The notes below the pieces were generated by a model. The model was not told where the DNA came from and did not search any database. It saw only the letters and a list, made by a program, of their open reading frames with translations. From Pyrinomonadaceae bacterium (GTDB lineage: Bacteria; Acidobacteriota; Blastocatellia; Pyrinomonadales; Pyrinomonadaceae), in contig JBJXFZ010000072.1 of the NCBI GenBank assembly GCA_046154245.1, forward strand, positions 3,097 to 67,096: a stretch of DNA of 64,000 nt, written 5' to 3'. Made by a program: the position numbers and the translations under genes. This document shows, in pieces, positions 33,114 to 42,648 of the stretch. The first letter of the stretch is position 1. Every line of letters starts with the position of its first letter.

Positions 33114-35033
33114 GTGGAAAATAATAAACAAGGTAATCAAGGACGTTTTTTGATAGCCGCCATCCTGTCGATGGCCGTGCTGTTCGGCTGGCAGTATTTT
33201 TTTGCACCAAAACCGCCGGTCGACACCAACTCAAACACCGCAACGCAGGCCAATACTGCTGCAAATACAAACACGGCGGCCGCGACCCCGGCGCCGCAGC
33301 CCGCTCAGCCCGAAGTCGCGACTCAAGCGCCCGACACGACGCCAAGCCGCACCATTACTATAAAATCCCCGCTTTACGAGGTAACGCTCGACTCAAAAGG
33401 GGCACTCGCGACGAGTTGGATCATCATAAAAAACAAGTCACCAAAGAGTGAATATCAGATCTACGCGGATGGTTCGAGCGGCGAAAACAAAAAACCTCTG
33501 CAGTTGATCTCGCAAAAAGCACTCGAGCAGCAGCCCCGAGAACTGCCGTTTAGGCTCATCACGCCCGACCAAAACCTGAACACCGCGCTCAATGATCGCA
33601 ATTACCAGATCTCGGTGGGCGACGACGCTATCAATCTAGCCGCAGGCGAAGAAAAGCAGATCGAGTTTTCGCTTCTTAGCGATAACGGCGTCGAAGTAAA
33701 AAAGTCGTTTGTTTTCCGTGGCGACAGCTACGTGGCTGACCTTGCCGTTACCGCAAAGCAAAACGGCCAGCCGATCGCAAACACGTCGCTCGCCATCGGC
33801 GCGAGCATCGGCGACCACGCGATCAACTATCACACGATCTATCAAACCGAAGCTGAAGCCGTGATCGCAAAGGACGGCGACATCGTTCGACATTGGGGCA
33901 ATTACTCATTCGAGTATGACGCCAGCGGACAGGCAAAGCTCAGCGACAAGGGCAACATCGACTGGGTTGGGATGAGCGATGCGTATTTTGCGATGGCTGC
34001 GATACCGGCGTCGCCCGTCTCGTCGACCGACTACAAGGCATCGAAGTACGACGTCGATATCGAACCGGTCTACGACAGCATATTCAATTGGGTGATCCGC
34101 AGCCCGAAGAAAACCGAGACGCGCCATCTCGTGACCGCCTTTATGCCGATCCCGGGCGACGGCTCGGTTACGAAAATTTTTACGGGGCCGAAAGACTACT
34201 TTCTTCTTAATGATCTAAGCAGCTCGATAAAGGCCGCGGACGGCCGTGCGGTCTCGATCGTCGATCTCATAAATTTCAGCAACTATTGGTGGCTGCGTTG
34301 GCTGACGCGTCCGCTGTCGATACCGATCCTTTATGCATTAAATTTCTTTAACGGCCTCACGCAAAACTACGGCGTCGCGATCATAACTTTCACGTTTTTG
34401 TTTTACATGCTGCTGTTTCCGCTCAGGTGGTCGCAGTCGAAATCTTTTAAGAAGGCGTCCGGCAACGCACCGAAGATGAAAGAGCTGCAGGACAGGATCA
34501 AGGCAATGCAAAAGAAGGGCGTGCCTAACGACGATCCAAAAATGCGTGCGCTGCAGATGGAGCAGCTAAAGATGACAAAGGACGCGCTGCCGATCGGCGG
34601 TTGTTTACCGATGCTGTTGCAGTTTCCGCTGCTGATCGCGTTTTATACGGCTATCACGATCGCGGTCGATGTTCGCCAGACATCGTTCCTCTGGCTGCCC
34701 GACCTTTCGGCCGCCGACCCGTGGCACATCCTTGAGTTCGCCTTTGCTCTGTCGATGATCCTTTCGATGAAGCTAATGCCAACGGCCGCGGCTGTTACGC
34801 CCGAACAGCAGATGCAGCAAAAGATGATGACGTATCTAATGCCCGTCATGATGCTGTGGGTGATGTGGACGGCGCCATCGGGACTTTTGCTATACTGGTT
34901 TTTCGGTAACATAGTGAGTTTTGGCCAGCAGATGGTTATTAATCGTCTGAATAAAACGAACACGCCGCCGGGCACCGATATCGTCGATACGGTCCCAAAA
35001 GGCGCAAAGCAGGTAAAGCCGAAACTCGCATAG
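33114..35033 (+). CDS. yidC: membrane protein insertase YidC
   Basis: 639 aa. N-terminal TM segment, large periplasmic domain, and C-terminal 60-kDa insertase core (GCLPMLLQFPLLIAFY, GLLLYWFFGNIVSFGQQ). Confidence 0.95.
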   Translation: MENNKQGNQGRFLIAAILSMAVLFGWQYFFAPKPPVDTNSNTATQANTAANTNTAAATPAPQPAQPEVATQAPDTTPSRTITIKSPLYEVTLDSKGALATSWIIIKNKSPKSEYQIYADGSSGENKKPLQLISQKALEQQPRELPFRLITPDQNLNTALNDRNYQISVGDDAINLAAGEEKQIEFSLLSDNGVEVKKSFVFRGDSYVADLAVTAKQNGQPIANTSLAIGASIGDHAINYHTIYQTEAEAVIAKDGDIVRHWGNYSFEYDASGQAKLSDKGNIDWVGMSDAYFAMAAIPASPVSSTDYKASKYDVDIEPVYDSIFNWVIRSPKKTETRHLVTAFMPIPGDGSVTKIFTGPKDYFLLNDLSSSIKAADGRAVSIVDLINFSNYWWLRWLTRPLSIPILYALNFFNGLTQNYGVAIITFTFLFYMLLFPLRWSQSKSFKKASGNAPKMKELQDRIKAMQKKGVPNDDPKMRALQMEQLKMTKDALPIGGCLPMLLQFPLLIAFYTAITIAVDVRQTSFLWLPDLSAADPWHILEFAFALSMILSMKLMPTAAAVTPEQQMQQKMMTYLMPVMMLWVMWTAPSGLLLYWFFGNIVSFGQQMVINRLNKTNTPPGTDIVDTVPKGAKQVKPKLA

Positions 35034-35037
35034 GGAT

Positions 35038-35487
35038 ATGAACGAAAATTGCGAAAACGCGAAAGTCTTTCTCGACGAGCTCGTCGGCCAGCTCGGGTTT
35101 GATCTGTCAGTTTCTACTGAGTGGACGGACGAAGGTTGTTTGGTGAATCTTAGCGGCGAGGACTCGCACTTGGCGCTGGCAGAAAACGGTGAGCTGCTCG
35201 ATGCGTTTGAAACTGTATTGTTTCAGGCGTTTGGCCGCGGGATGGATCGCGAGCATCGCTTTGTCGTTGACGCTGAGGGGTTTCGCCAGACACGCAAAGC
35301 AGAGCTGCACGCGATGGCGCGATTCGCGGCGGATCAGGTTCGCAAGAACGGGCGTGCATTTACCTTTGGCGTTCTAAATTCCACCGAACGTCGCATCATC
35401 CACACCACTCTTCAGCAAGAAGACGACCTCATTACCGAGTCTGTCGGCGACGGCCGCGAACGGCGACTTCAAGTCCGTTTGCAATAA
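35038..35487 (+). CDS. jag: Jag/KhpB-like R3H RNA-binding protein
   Basis: 149 aa. R3H-like STERRIIHTTLQ. The conserved yidC-jag-mnmE gene order is present. Confidence 0.8.
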   Translation: MNENCENAKVFLDELVGQLGFDLSVSTEWTDEGCLVNLSGEDSHLALAENGELLDAFETVLFQAFGRGMDREHRFVVDAEGFRQTRKAELHAMARFAADQVRKNGRAFTFGVLNSTERRIIHTTLQQEDDLITESVGDGRERRLQVRLQ

Positions 35488-35496
35488 GCTCCAAAT

Positions 35497-35561
35497 AAAC
35501 AGGATGGGCAGGATAGACAGGATTCAATTTTTCTATCCTGTTCATCCTGTATATCCTGTTT
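35497..35561. repeat. CAGGAT-nonamer palindrome, copy A (ORF-less)
   Basis: AAACAGGAT-GGG-CAGGAT-AGA-CAGGAT ..11 nt.. ATCCTG-TTC-ATCCTG-TAT-ATCCTGTTT. It fills the jag-mnmE gap. Confidence 0.85.
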
Positions 35562-35566
35562 AAATC

Positions 35567-36949
35567 ATGCCTCAAACGATTGTCGCACTAGCAACACCCA
35601 CGGGCCGCAGCGGTATCGGCGTCGTGCGTCTGAGCGGCCAAGGTGCGTTGCGAATTACACAGTCGATAACCGCGGGCAGTTTTTCACCACGACCGCGTAC
35701 CGCACATTTAAGGCAGCTTGTAGATACAACATCGGGCGAGGTGATCGACGAGGCGCTTATCACCTATTTCAAGGCGCCTCATTCTTTCACCGGCGAGGAC
35801 GTAATAGAAATCAGCTGTCACGGCTCGCCGGTTTTGTTGCGACAAATCATCGACCTTTGTCTCGCCACGGGCGCTCGAATGGCGGAGGCAGGAGAGTTCT
35901 CTCTTCGCGCGCTCGCGAACGGCCAAATCAATCTCGCCGAGGCCGAGGCGATCCGCGATCTCATCGACGCGCAGACAACTGCGTCGGCGCGCCAGGCCGT
36001 GCGCCAAATGAGCGGCGAATTTTCACGTCAGTTGCAGCCGCTAAAAGATGAACTCCTGAATGTTATCGTCGTGCTCGAATCGGCGCTTGAGTTTGTCGAA
36101 GACGATCTGCCTGCGACGCAGGTTGAACGTTTGAGAACAAGCTTGACTGACATTGCCTGCGATGTCGCGAAACTCGCCGACACGTTTCGCGCCGGACACT
36201 TGATACGCGATGGCTTGCGTGTGGCGATCGTCGGCCGTCCGAATGTCGGTAAATCTAGCCTTTTCAATGCGTTGCTTGGCAGCGAACGAGCGATCGTAAC
36301 GGAAATCGCCGGCACGACCCGCGATCATCTTCACGAACGATTTACGATTCATAACATTCCGATCTCACTGATAGACACCGCCGGTTTGCGTGATACGACA
36401 GACATGGTCGAGAGCATCGGCGTCGCGCGCTCGCGGAGCTTGATGTCTGACGCCGACATTGTCGTCGTGATGCTTGACGTTAATGAGGAGATAACAGATG
36501 AAGATCAAGCGATCATCGAATCCGTCCGTGACATAACGCATCTATTCGCGTTGAACAAAATCGATAAGCTTCAAAACCGCGAGGATGACAGAGAGGTTTT
36601 GGAGCAAGTGAAATCCGCAATTGGCAATCCGCGATCCGCAATCGTATCGACTTCTGCAAAAACGGGCGAAGGCCTTGACGAGCTAAAACGCGCGATCATC
36701 GCACCATTCTCGGCCGACGATGTTAATACGTCGGGGTTCCTCGTAACCGACGCGCGTCACCACGACTTGCTCGTGCGAGCAAAAACCGAGATCGAAAACT
36801 CGATGGAGAATCTCGACCGAGAAATGAGCGAGGAGATCGTGCTCATTGGTCTGCACAACGCACTCCGCTACTTGGGCGAGATCACCGGCGAGACGACGAC
36901 CGAAGACATGCTGACACGAATATTCTCGACCTTTTGCATTGGCAAATAG
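35567..36949 (+). CDS. mnmE: tRNA modification GTPase MnmE
   Basis: 460 aa. G1 [15 protein letters not shown]3 DTAGLR, G4 NKID, C-terminal FCIGK. Confidence 0.95.
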   Translation: MPQTIVALATPTGRSGIGVVRLSGQGALRITQSITAGSFSPRPRTAHLRQLVDTTSGEVIDEALITYFKAPHSFTGEDVIEISCHGSPVLLRQIIDLCLATGARMAEAGEFSLRALANGQINLAEAEAIRDLIDAQTTASARQAVRQMSGEFSRQLQPLKDELLNVIVVLESALEFVEDDLPATQVERLRTSLTDIACDVAKLADTFRAGHLIRDGLRVAIVGRPNVGKSSLFNALLGSERAIVTEIAGTTRDHLHERFTIHNIPISLIDTAGLRDTTDMVESIGVARSRSLMSDADIVVVMLDVNEEITDEDQAIIESVRDITHLFALNKIDKLQNREDDREVLEQVKSAIGNPRSAIVSTSAKTGEGLDELKRAIIAPFSADDVNTSGFLVTDARHHDLLVRAKTEIENSMENLDREMSEEIVLIGLHNALRYLGEITGETTTEDMLTRIFSTFCIGK

Positions 36950-36956
36950 TCGACCC

Positions 36957-38297
36957 TTACGGTATGCCTACGAGGTTTAAGGCATAGCGGCCAGTAAGAC
37001 TCACAAGAAGACAACCGACGATCATAAGTATGATTCCGGGCGAAAAAAGATCGGTGAATTTTAGGCCGCCTTCGCCGTACGCCATCGCGTTCTGCGGCGT
37101 GCTTATGACAAATGGCATACCGAATGACGCGGCGACGGCAACCAAAATGGCCGTCGATGGCGCGGGTATGATCGCCGTCGCGATCGGAATGAGCATCACA
37201 ACCGTTGCCGTATTGCTCATAAGCGCGGAGAGCAGGGCGCTTACAAGACAAAGTATGAACAGAGCGAGTGTAGTATTCAATGTGGAGAAAGGGATTGCGG
37301 ACGATAGCTCTGCGACAATGCCGGACTGTTCAAGCAGACGACCGAGTGTGATGCCGCCGGCGATCAGCATAAGGGTTGACCAGTCGATCTTCAGCAGATC
37401 CTTTTTTGTGAGCATTCCCGATAGAAACAATACGGCCGCGGCGGAGATCGCAATGACCGATGACGGAACGCCGTGCACGGGTTCACTGAGCCATAACAGA
37501 ACCGTGGCTGAAATGATCGCGAGGAATTTCCACTGTCCGGCGATCTTTTTAACATCTATCTCCGCGGGAACATTTTTTCGCTTTTCTGCCCAGGCCTCTC
37601 GGTCGCCACGAACACGCAACAGTAGTATCACGTAACTGAGGCCGAGCATTGCGATCGTCAGCGGAAGCGCAAAGATCATCCAATCGGTGAACGAGACATG
37701 ATATCTCGGGTCGATAGATGCTATCGCGATCGCATTCGGACCAGTCCCGATCGGCGTAGCGATCCCGCCGAGATTTGCCCCAAGCGCAACACCAACCAGC
37801 ACGACGCGCCTGATCAGATCATCTTTTCCGAAATCCTGAAATATGGGCCGCAGACAAGCCAATATCAGCGCCGCCGCCGCAATATTTGACAGCCACATTG
37901 AAAGGAAAGCGGTGATCAGCAATACGAAAAGTAGAAATAGATAAAGTGAATTTCCTGCCCGACGCAATGCAAAGTTCGCGAGCCATCGATCCACGCCGTA
38001 CACGGACGTTCCGACGCCAAGTGCGAACCCGCCGAAGAACAGAACCATAACCGGATCGGCCGCCCACCCGAGCACCGACCCGATAGAGAATTTTGGATCA
38101 AGAGGCGAGAGCAACAGCGGTGCGGATGCCCACAGCAGAAGGGTTGGGACAAATGGCGGTGCTATCTCGGCTAGCCAAATGTAGAGGCACACAACCGCTA
38201 TCGCGCCGGCGCGCGCCATTACCGGCGAGCGCACAAACGTGAGCGGTATGGCGGCTAACAATGCCGCGATGAGTATTCGATACGCCCAGCGGTTCAT
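36957..38297 (-). CDS. SLC13/DASS (ArsB/NhaD superfamily) anion permease
   Basis: 446 aa and polytopic. Repeated GGIATPIGTGPN / STPQNAMAYG hairpin-type motifs. Confidence 0.7.
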   Translation of the reverse strand: MNRWAYRILIAALLAAIPLTFVRSPVMARAGAIAVVCLYIWLAEIAPPFVPTLLLWASAPLLLSPLDPKFSIGSVLGWAADPVMVLFFGGFALGVGTSVYGVDRWLANFALRRAGNSLYLFLLFVLLITAFLSMWLSNIAAAALILACLRPIFQDFGKDDLIRRVVLVGVALGANLGGIATPIGTGPNAIAIASIDPRYHVSFTDWMIFALPLTIAMLGLSYVILLLRVRGDREAWAEKRKNVPAEIDVKKIAGQWKFLAIISATVLLWLSEPVHGVPSSVIAISAAAVLFLSGMLTKKDLLKIDWSTLMLIAGGITLGRLLEQSGIVAELSSAIPFSTLNTTLALFILCLVSALLSALMSNTATVVMLIPIATAIIPAPSTAILVAVAASFGMPFVISTPQNAMAYGEGGLKFTDLFSPGIILMIVGCLLVSLTGRYALNLVGIP

Positions 38298-38328
38298 GCG
38301 CTATGTCGCCACATCGACCGAGCGAGGA

Positions 38329-38856
38329 TCAGGCCGCTTTTACCGCGATCTTTTCTTCGCCTAACGCGGCCCTTTTTTTCATCGTCAGCTTAAGCACGCC
38401 ATCCTTCAGTGTGGCGTCAACGCTCTCGGGTTCGACCTCTGCGGGAAGCCGAAGTTTGCGAAAGAACCTACTACTAGTCCATTCATTGTAGAACATGGTT
38501 TCATCCTCGGCTTTCTCATCCGTTTCGGTTTCGCCGCTGACGACCAGGAAATTGTCCTTAATGCTGACCTCGATCTCCTCCGGCTTAAATCCCGGAGCCG
38601 CGATTTCCGCTGTCACACGATCACCGGCCTCGATGATCTTGGCCGGCGCCGTTCGAAGGAGTTCGGATTCGGCTCTTAGCCAATCCTCCAGGTTGTTTCC
38701 AAGCTGCGAGCCGCGTTCCACAAAGAAGTCATAAGCGCGGGCGGCGATGTCCCTCGTAATGTTTTCGAGCTTTTCGAGCAATCTCTCGGATTCGACAACG
38801 GGCGGCGTTTGGTTGCTTTCTTCGGTCGGTAATAATTTTGTTTCTTGCTTACTCAT
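38329..38856 (-). CDS. Hsp20/alpha-crystallin small heat-shock protein
   Basis: Start trimmed to ATG 38856 (AGGAG SD). Alpha-crystallin domain ...ATLKDGVLKLTMKK. Confidence 0.85.
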   Translation of the reverse strand: MSKQETKLLPTEESNQTPPVVESERLLEKLENITRDIAARAYDFFVERGSQLGNNLEDWLRAESELLRTAPAKIIEAGDRVTAEIAAPGFKPEEIEVSIKDNFLVVSGETETDEKAEDETMFYNEWTSSRFFRKLRLPAEVEPESVDATLKDGVLKLTMKKRAALGEEKIAVKAA

Positions 38857-39102
38857 AATAAAACTCCTGAGTCTGATTGATCGGAGGTCCATTCAGTCAA
38901 TTCTGTTTGCGCACCTCCGAAACAATTGGTCTCGCAATCGTTGTGCCCCAGGAAAACCCAATAAAATAAGTCCGGCCGATGGCCAACACGCGGTAAAACC
39001 CGCAACTATGATCTGTAACCGCGAAGTTTTGAGCGCGACAATAACTGTCGGAAACATCGAATATTTGATTTGGAATCTAAACTTTCGCTCTTCAGAGTGA
39101 AG

Positions 39103-39164
39103 ACGTTCGACGAGAAATTTGATGTGATAGTGGTAGGCTGCGAGGCCGCGTCGGCCTCGGCGCG
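39103..39164 (+). pseudogene. orphan 5'-end fragment of mnmG
   Basis: It encodes TFDEKFDVIVVGCEAASASAR, against MFDENFDVIVIGAGHAGCEAASASAR at the true mnmG start (42649..42725). There is a 15-nt internal deletion and the ATG has changed to ACG. Confidence 0.8.
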
Positions 39165-39189
39165 AGATCGATTGAAGTTAAACACAGAA

Positions 39190-42100
39190 CTAAGGTCTGT
39201 TATAAACACTTGGAAGTGGAATGTCGGTTGGTGTTCCGAAGCCGACGGTTTGCACTCCATTGCTGCTCGTGTTCAAGAACCAAGTGCTGTTCGTCGGGCG
39301 GAATACTGCTGAATCCATTCTTCCGTCGCCATCATAATCTCCGGCTGTCGGAATATCGCCGTTGCTTCCCCAATGAAAGGCAAAATAGGAACTATCTTCA
39401 CTTCGCAAAATGAACCATTCACCCGTTGAAGGTCGCCAAAAGGCGACATCGGTTTTGCCATCTCCCGTGTAATCGCCCGGTGTCGCGATGTCGCCAGCCT
39501 GTCCGAATTGCACCGCCGTCAAGCCCGCTGTCGAACGACTGATCCACCATTGCGAATTTGATGGACGACAAATGGCGATGTCGGCTCTTCCATCTCCATC
39601 GTAATCAGCGACCACAGGTTTGTCTTCCGCGATCCCAAACTGTGCGCTCGTCAGTCCGCCATCGCTGGAACGAAGGATAAACCAAGTGGCAATCGACGGT
39701 CGAAACACCGCCGGATCCGCCTTGCCATCACCATCATAATCAGCCGGTGCAGGAATGTCGCCGTTGCTTCCCCAATGAAAGGCAAAATAGGAATTATCTT
39801 CACTTCGCAAAACAAACCATTCACCCGTTGAAGGTCGCCAAAAGGCGACATCGGTTTTGCCGTCGCCGGTGAAATCGGCGGGAATGGGTTTATCCGAAGT
39901 CGTGCCGAAGGGGAATGACACGTTTCCGCCCGATGATTTCTGATACCACCATTCGCCCGCACTTGGGCGAAAAACGGAAATATCGGTTTTTGAATCGCCA
40001 TCAAAATCAAATTGAGTGGCATTTCCCGACAGATATCTCGCCAGCGCGTAATCGCTGTCGAGACTTAATTTCGCGCTGCCTGCCGCGACGATCTTTCCGT
40101 TGTTTTGGCGCGCCAGTCGGAAGATCTCGGCATCGCCGCCGAAATCGGTTACGACTTTGCCGCCCATGCCGAAGTTTGGGTCGGGCGAGCCGTTCGGTTT
40201 GAAGCGGGCAAGCGCGAAGTTTTTACGCGAATTGCTGCCGAGCGTCGAGCCGCCTGCCAAAACATTGTTGTTCGGTTCGATATAGACGGCGTTCGCCACA
40301 TCCGTGCCGCCAAAGTCGAGCGTGGCGATTCCGCCCGCTCCGAACGTCGCATCAAGCGAAGCGTTCGCATATCGGGCAAGCGTGAAATTTCCACTGACTG
40401 AGCCGCTCAGAATCATTTTTCCGTCCGTCTGTAGCTTGATGTCCGTTGCCGGAAAATTAAGTGGAACGGGTGTCGGACTAAAAGTCGTGTCAATGGAGCT
40501 GTCTGCATTGAGCCTGAGCAGATGCGTTCCCGCGAGAATTATTTTGCCGTTTGGCAGAATGCTAATTGCTTTCACCTGTTCAACCGATGGGGCCTGAGCA
40601 GTGCCGTTGGCATAACTAAACACGCCGTTATTTCCGAATCCGCTGTCCCGCGTTCCATCCGCGTTGAGCCGCGCTGCCATCATATCGTAGTCGAAATTGC
40701 CCTCGTCAACCCTTCGGAGCGAAGAGCCGGCAATAACGATTTTCCCGTCCGTTTGCAACTTTAGGTCATACCCGATAAAAAACGACAGAAAGACATTGGG
40801 TATGATTACTTTTCCTCCCGTTCCAAACGTACTGTCGAACCTTCCGTTCGCGTTAAGCCTGACCACAAAGAGTGAGCCGCGGATAAGCGAATTCTCTGAA
40901 TAGGTTCCGGCTAGAAGAATTTTTCCGTCCGGCTGAATTCCTACCGCGTTTGCTTCCGAGAGCCGATCACTTAGGGCGAGTATGCCGCCCGTCCCAAACG
41001 TATCATCCAGAGTGCCGTCGGGAAGAAGTCTGGCGACGGAGGCGACCGAGTCGCTCACTCCGACTGCCACGATCTTTCCATCTGTCTGGACGGCAACGTC
41101 GCGCGCTTGGTCGTGCTTTCCGCCGACAAAAGGCTCAGTCCTAAAAGAAATAATTGCACCTGACTGATCTATCCGCGAGATGAATGTCCCGTTAAATCCA
41201 CCGCCGACAGCCACAATGTTCGAGCCTTGTAAAGCGATCGCCGCAAAATGGGAACCTGAAGAAGAAGCAACGCCGCCCGTGCCGAAGCCGGTGTCTAACG
41301 CGCCGCTTGAATTAAATCGTGCGACCATGGCCTGATTTCCGGCATTCCCGCAAACTAAGATCTTTCCGTCGCTTTGGAGCGACATATCGGAACCTAAGTC
41401 ACCAACAGGTGTCAAATCGTGCAGAATGATGCCGAAGGACGTATCGGTCGAGCCGTCAGAATTGAGCCGAGTAAGAAGCAATTGTGTGTTATTGCCCGGT
41501 GCATTGGTATTAGCGGTGAAGATGATTTTTCCGTCCGGTTGGAGAGCGAGTCCGCCCGGATAGACTGTGCCGGTGGGACTCGGAATTTCGCGGATTCCGC
41601 CCGTCCCAAATGTCGCATCGGGACTTCCGTCAGTATTAAATCGGTGAACTAGCCCGCTCGCCACGGTGAAAAGATTGCTTCCGCTAACCACTATCTTTCC
41701 ATCATTCTGGATTGCTATCTTATCCGTGTCCGACCCGCTAAAGTAGGTCGAGGTCGTGATGCCGCTGCTGCCGAACGTCGTATCGAGAGTGCCGTTCGCA
41801 TTGAGTTTTGTAACCTGTGTGCGGCCTAAACTGGGAGGATCGCTGACTCCCGCGATCAAAATTTTATCATCGGTGAGAATGGCAACATCTCTCGCCACCC
41901 TCATAACGCTACTGAAGAATACTCCGTTGTTGCCAAACGTGGTGTCGAGCATTCCGTCCGGCGTATAACGCACAGCGGCGGTCATTATGTTCGGGTAATT
42001 GCCGGCGTTGGCGTTGGCAATGACCACGATCTTACCGTCGGATTGCACGGCGAGCGAGTCTGCGTTGGCGGTTACGCCCAAATCGGTAATCACCTTGCCG

Positions 42101-42378
42101 CCTGCGCCGAAGGATGTATCGAGCGATCCATCGCTGTTACAGCGAATCAGCGCGACGCCATAATAATCACCGACAATCTGAGCGCGCCCAGCGACCAAAA
42201 ATTTGCCGCCGCCGATAACGGCGACATCGGCGAAATTGCCGGAAATCTGTATGGACTCGATATTAAAAACCGCCTTTCCGTTCCCGTTAAAGCCGGTATC
42301 CAACTCGCCCGCCGGGTGAACATCCGTCGACATTCCGAAAAAAAGAAATGCGGCCAAAATTAACACTTTGCCAATCAT
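39190..42378 (-). CDS. secreted delta-60-repeat protein with C-terminal FG-GAP propeller module
   Basis: 1062 aa with a signal peptide. About 13 repeats of the DG.LD..FG..G type at about 55-60 aa spacing (LDTSFGAGGKV, LDTTFGNNGVF, LDTGFGTGGVA and others). Six FG-GAP units follow (FDFDGDSKTDISVFRPSAGEWWY, ADYDGDGKADPAVFRPS and others). Confidence 0.85.
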   Translation of the reverse strand: MIGKVLILAAFLFFGMSTDVHPAGELDTGFNGNGKAVFNIESIQISGNFADVAVIGGGKFLVAGRAQIVGDYYGVALIRCNSDGSLDTSFGAGGKVITDLGVTANADSLAVQSDGKIVVIANANAGNYPNIMTAAVRYTPDGMLDTTFGNNGVFFSSVMRVARDVAILTDDKILIAGVSDPPSLGRTQVTKLNANGTLDTTFGSSGITTSTYFSGSDTDKIAIQNDGKIVVSGSNLFTVASGLVHRFNTDGSPDATFGTGGIREIPSPTGTVYPGGLALQPDGKIIFTANTNAPGNNTQLLLTRLNSDGSTDTSFGIILHDLTPVGDLGSDMSLQSDGKILVCGNAGNQAMVARFNSSGALDTGFGTGGVASSSGSHFAAIALQGSNIVAVGGGFNGTFISRIDQSGAIISFRTEPFVGGKHDQARDVAVQTDGKIVAVGVSDSVASVARLLPDGTLDDTFGTGGILALSDRLSEANAVGIQPDGKILLAGTYSENSLIRGSLFVVRLNANGRFDSTFGTGGKVIIPNVFLSFFIGYDLKLQTDGKIVIAGSSLRRVDEGNFDYDMMAARLNADGTRDSGFGNNGVFSYANGTAQAPSVEQVKAISILPNGKIILAGTHLLRLNADSSIDTTFSPTPVPLNFPATDIKLQTDGKMILSGSVSGNFTLARYANASLDATFGAGGIATLDFGGTDVANAVYIEPNNNVLAGGSTLGSNSRKNFALARFKPNGSPDPNFGMGGKVVTDFGGDAEIFRLARQNNGKIVAAGSAKLSLDSDYALARYLSGNATQFDFDGDSKTDISVFRPSAGEWWYQKSSGGNVSFPFGTTSDKPIPADFTGDGKTDVAFWRPSTGEWFVLRSEDNSYFAFHWGSNGDIPAPADYDGDGKADPAVFRPSIATWFILRSSDGGLTSAQFGIAEDKPVVADYDGDGRADIAICRPSNSQWWISRSTAGLTAVQFGQAGDIATPGDYTGDGKTDVAFWRPSTGEWFILRSEDSSYFAFHWGSNGDIPTAGDYDGDGRMDSAVFRPTNSTWFLNTSSNGVQTVGFGTPTDIPLPSVYNRP

Positions 42379-42648
42379 AGTTTCCCCCGAAATTCACCCG
42401 CTCAAGTTTTATCCCGAAACACCTGAAATACTATACCCGCAAGCAGGTCGAGTCAATAATTTTAGCGTCTCGCATCTTCCCCCAATGGAAGGCTTTTTTT
42501 CTCGATCTCTTTTCGGACCGATGTTATATTTTTGCGGACTACGGAAAGCGAAAGCCGATTGGAAACGCTCGAATTGCACACAGCTTTTCGTTGGCAAAGA
42601 GTGGCCGTTAGAGTAGAATCTTAAATTCCCTTTAAGGGAACCGGCAGC

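Noticed and set aside
38857-38960. A hairpin (CGGAGGT...ACCTCCG) in the hsp20 leader might be a ROSE-type thermometer or a CIRCE/HAIR operator.
   Set aside because: The stem does not sequester the SD (AGGAG at about 38864). No CIRCE (TTAGCACTC-N9-GAGTGCTAA) or HAIR consensus is present.
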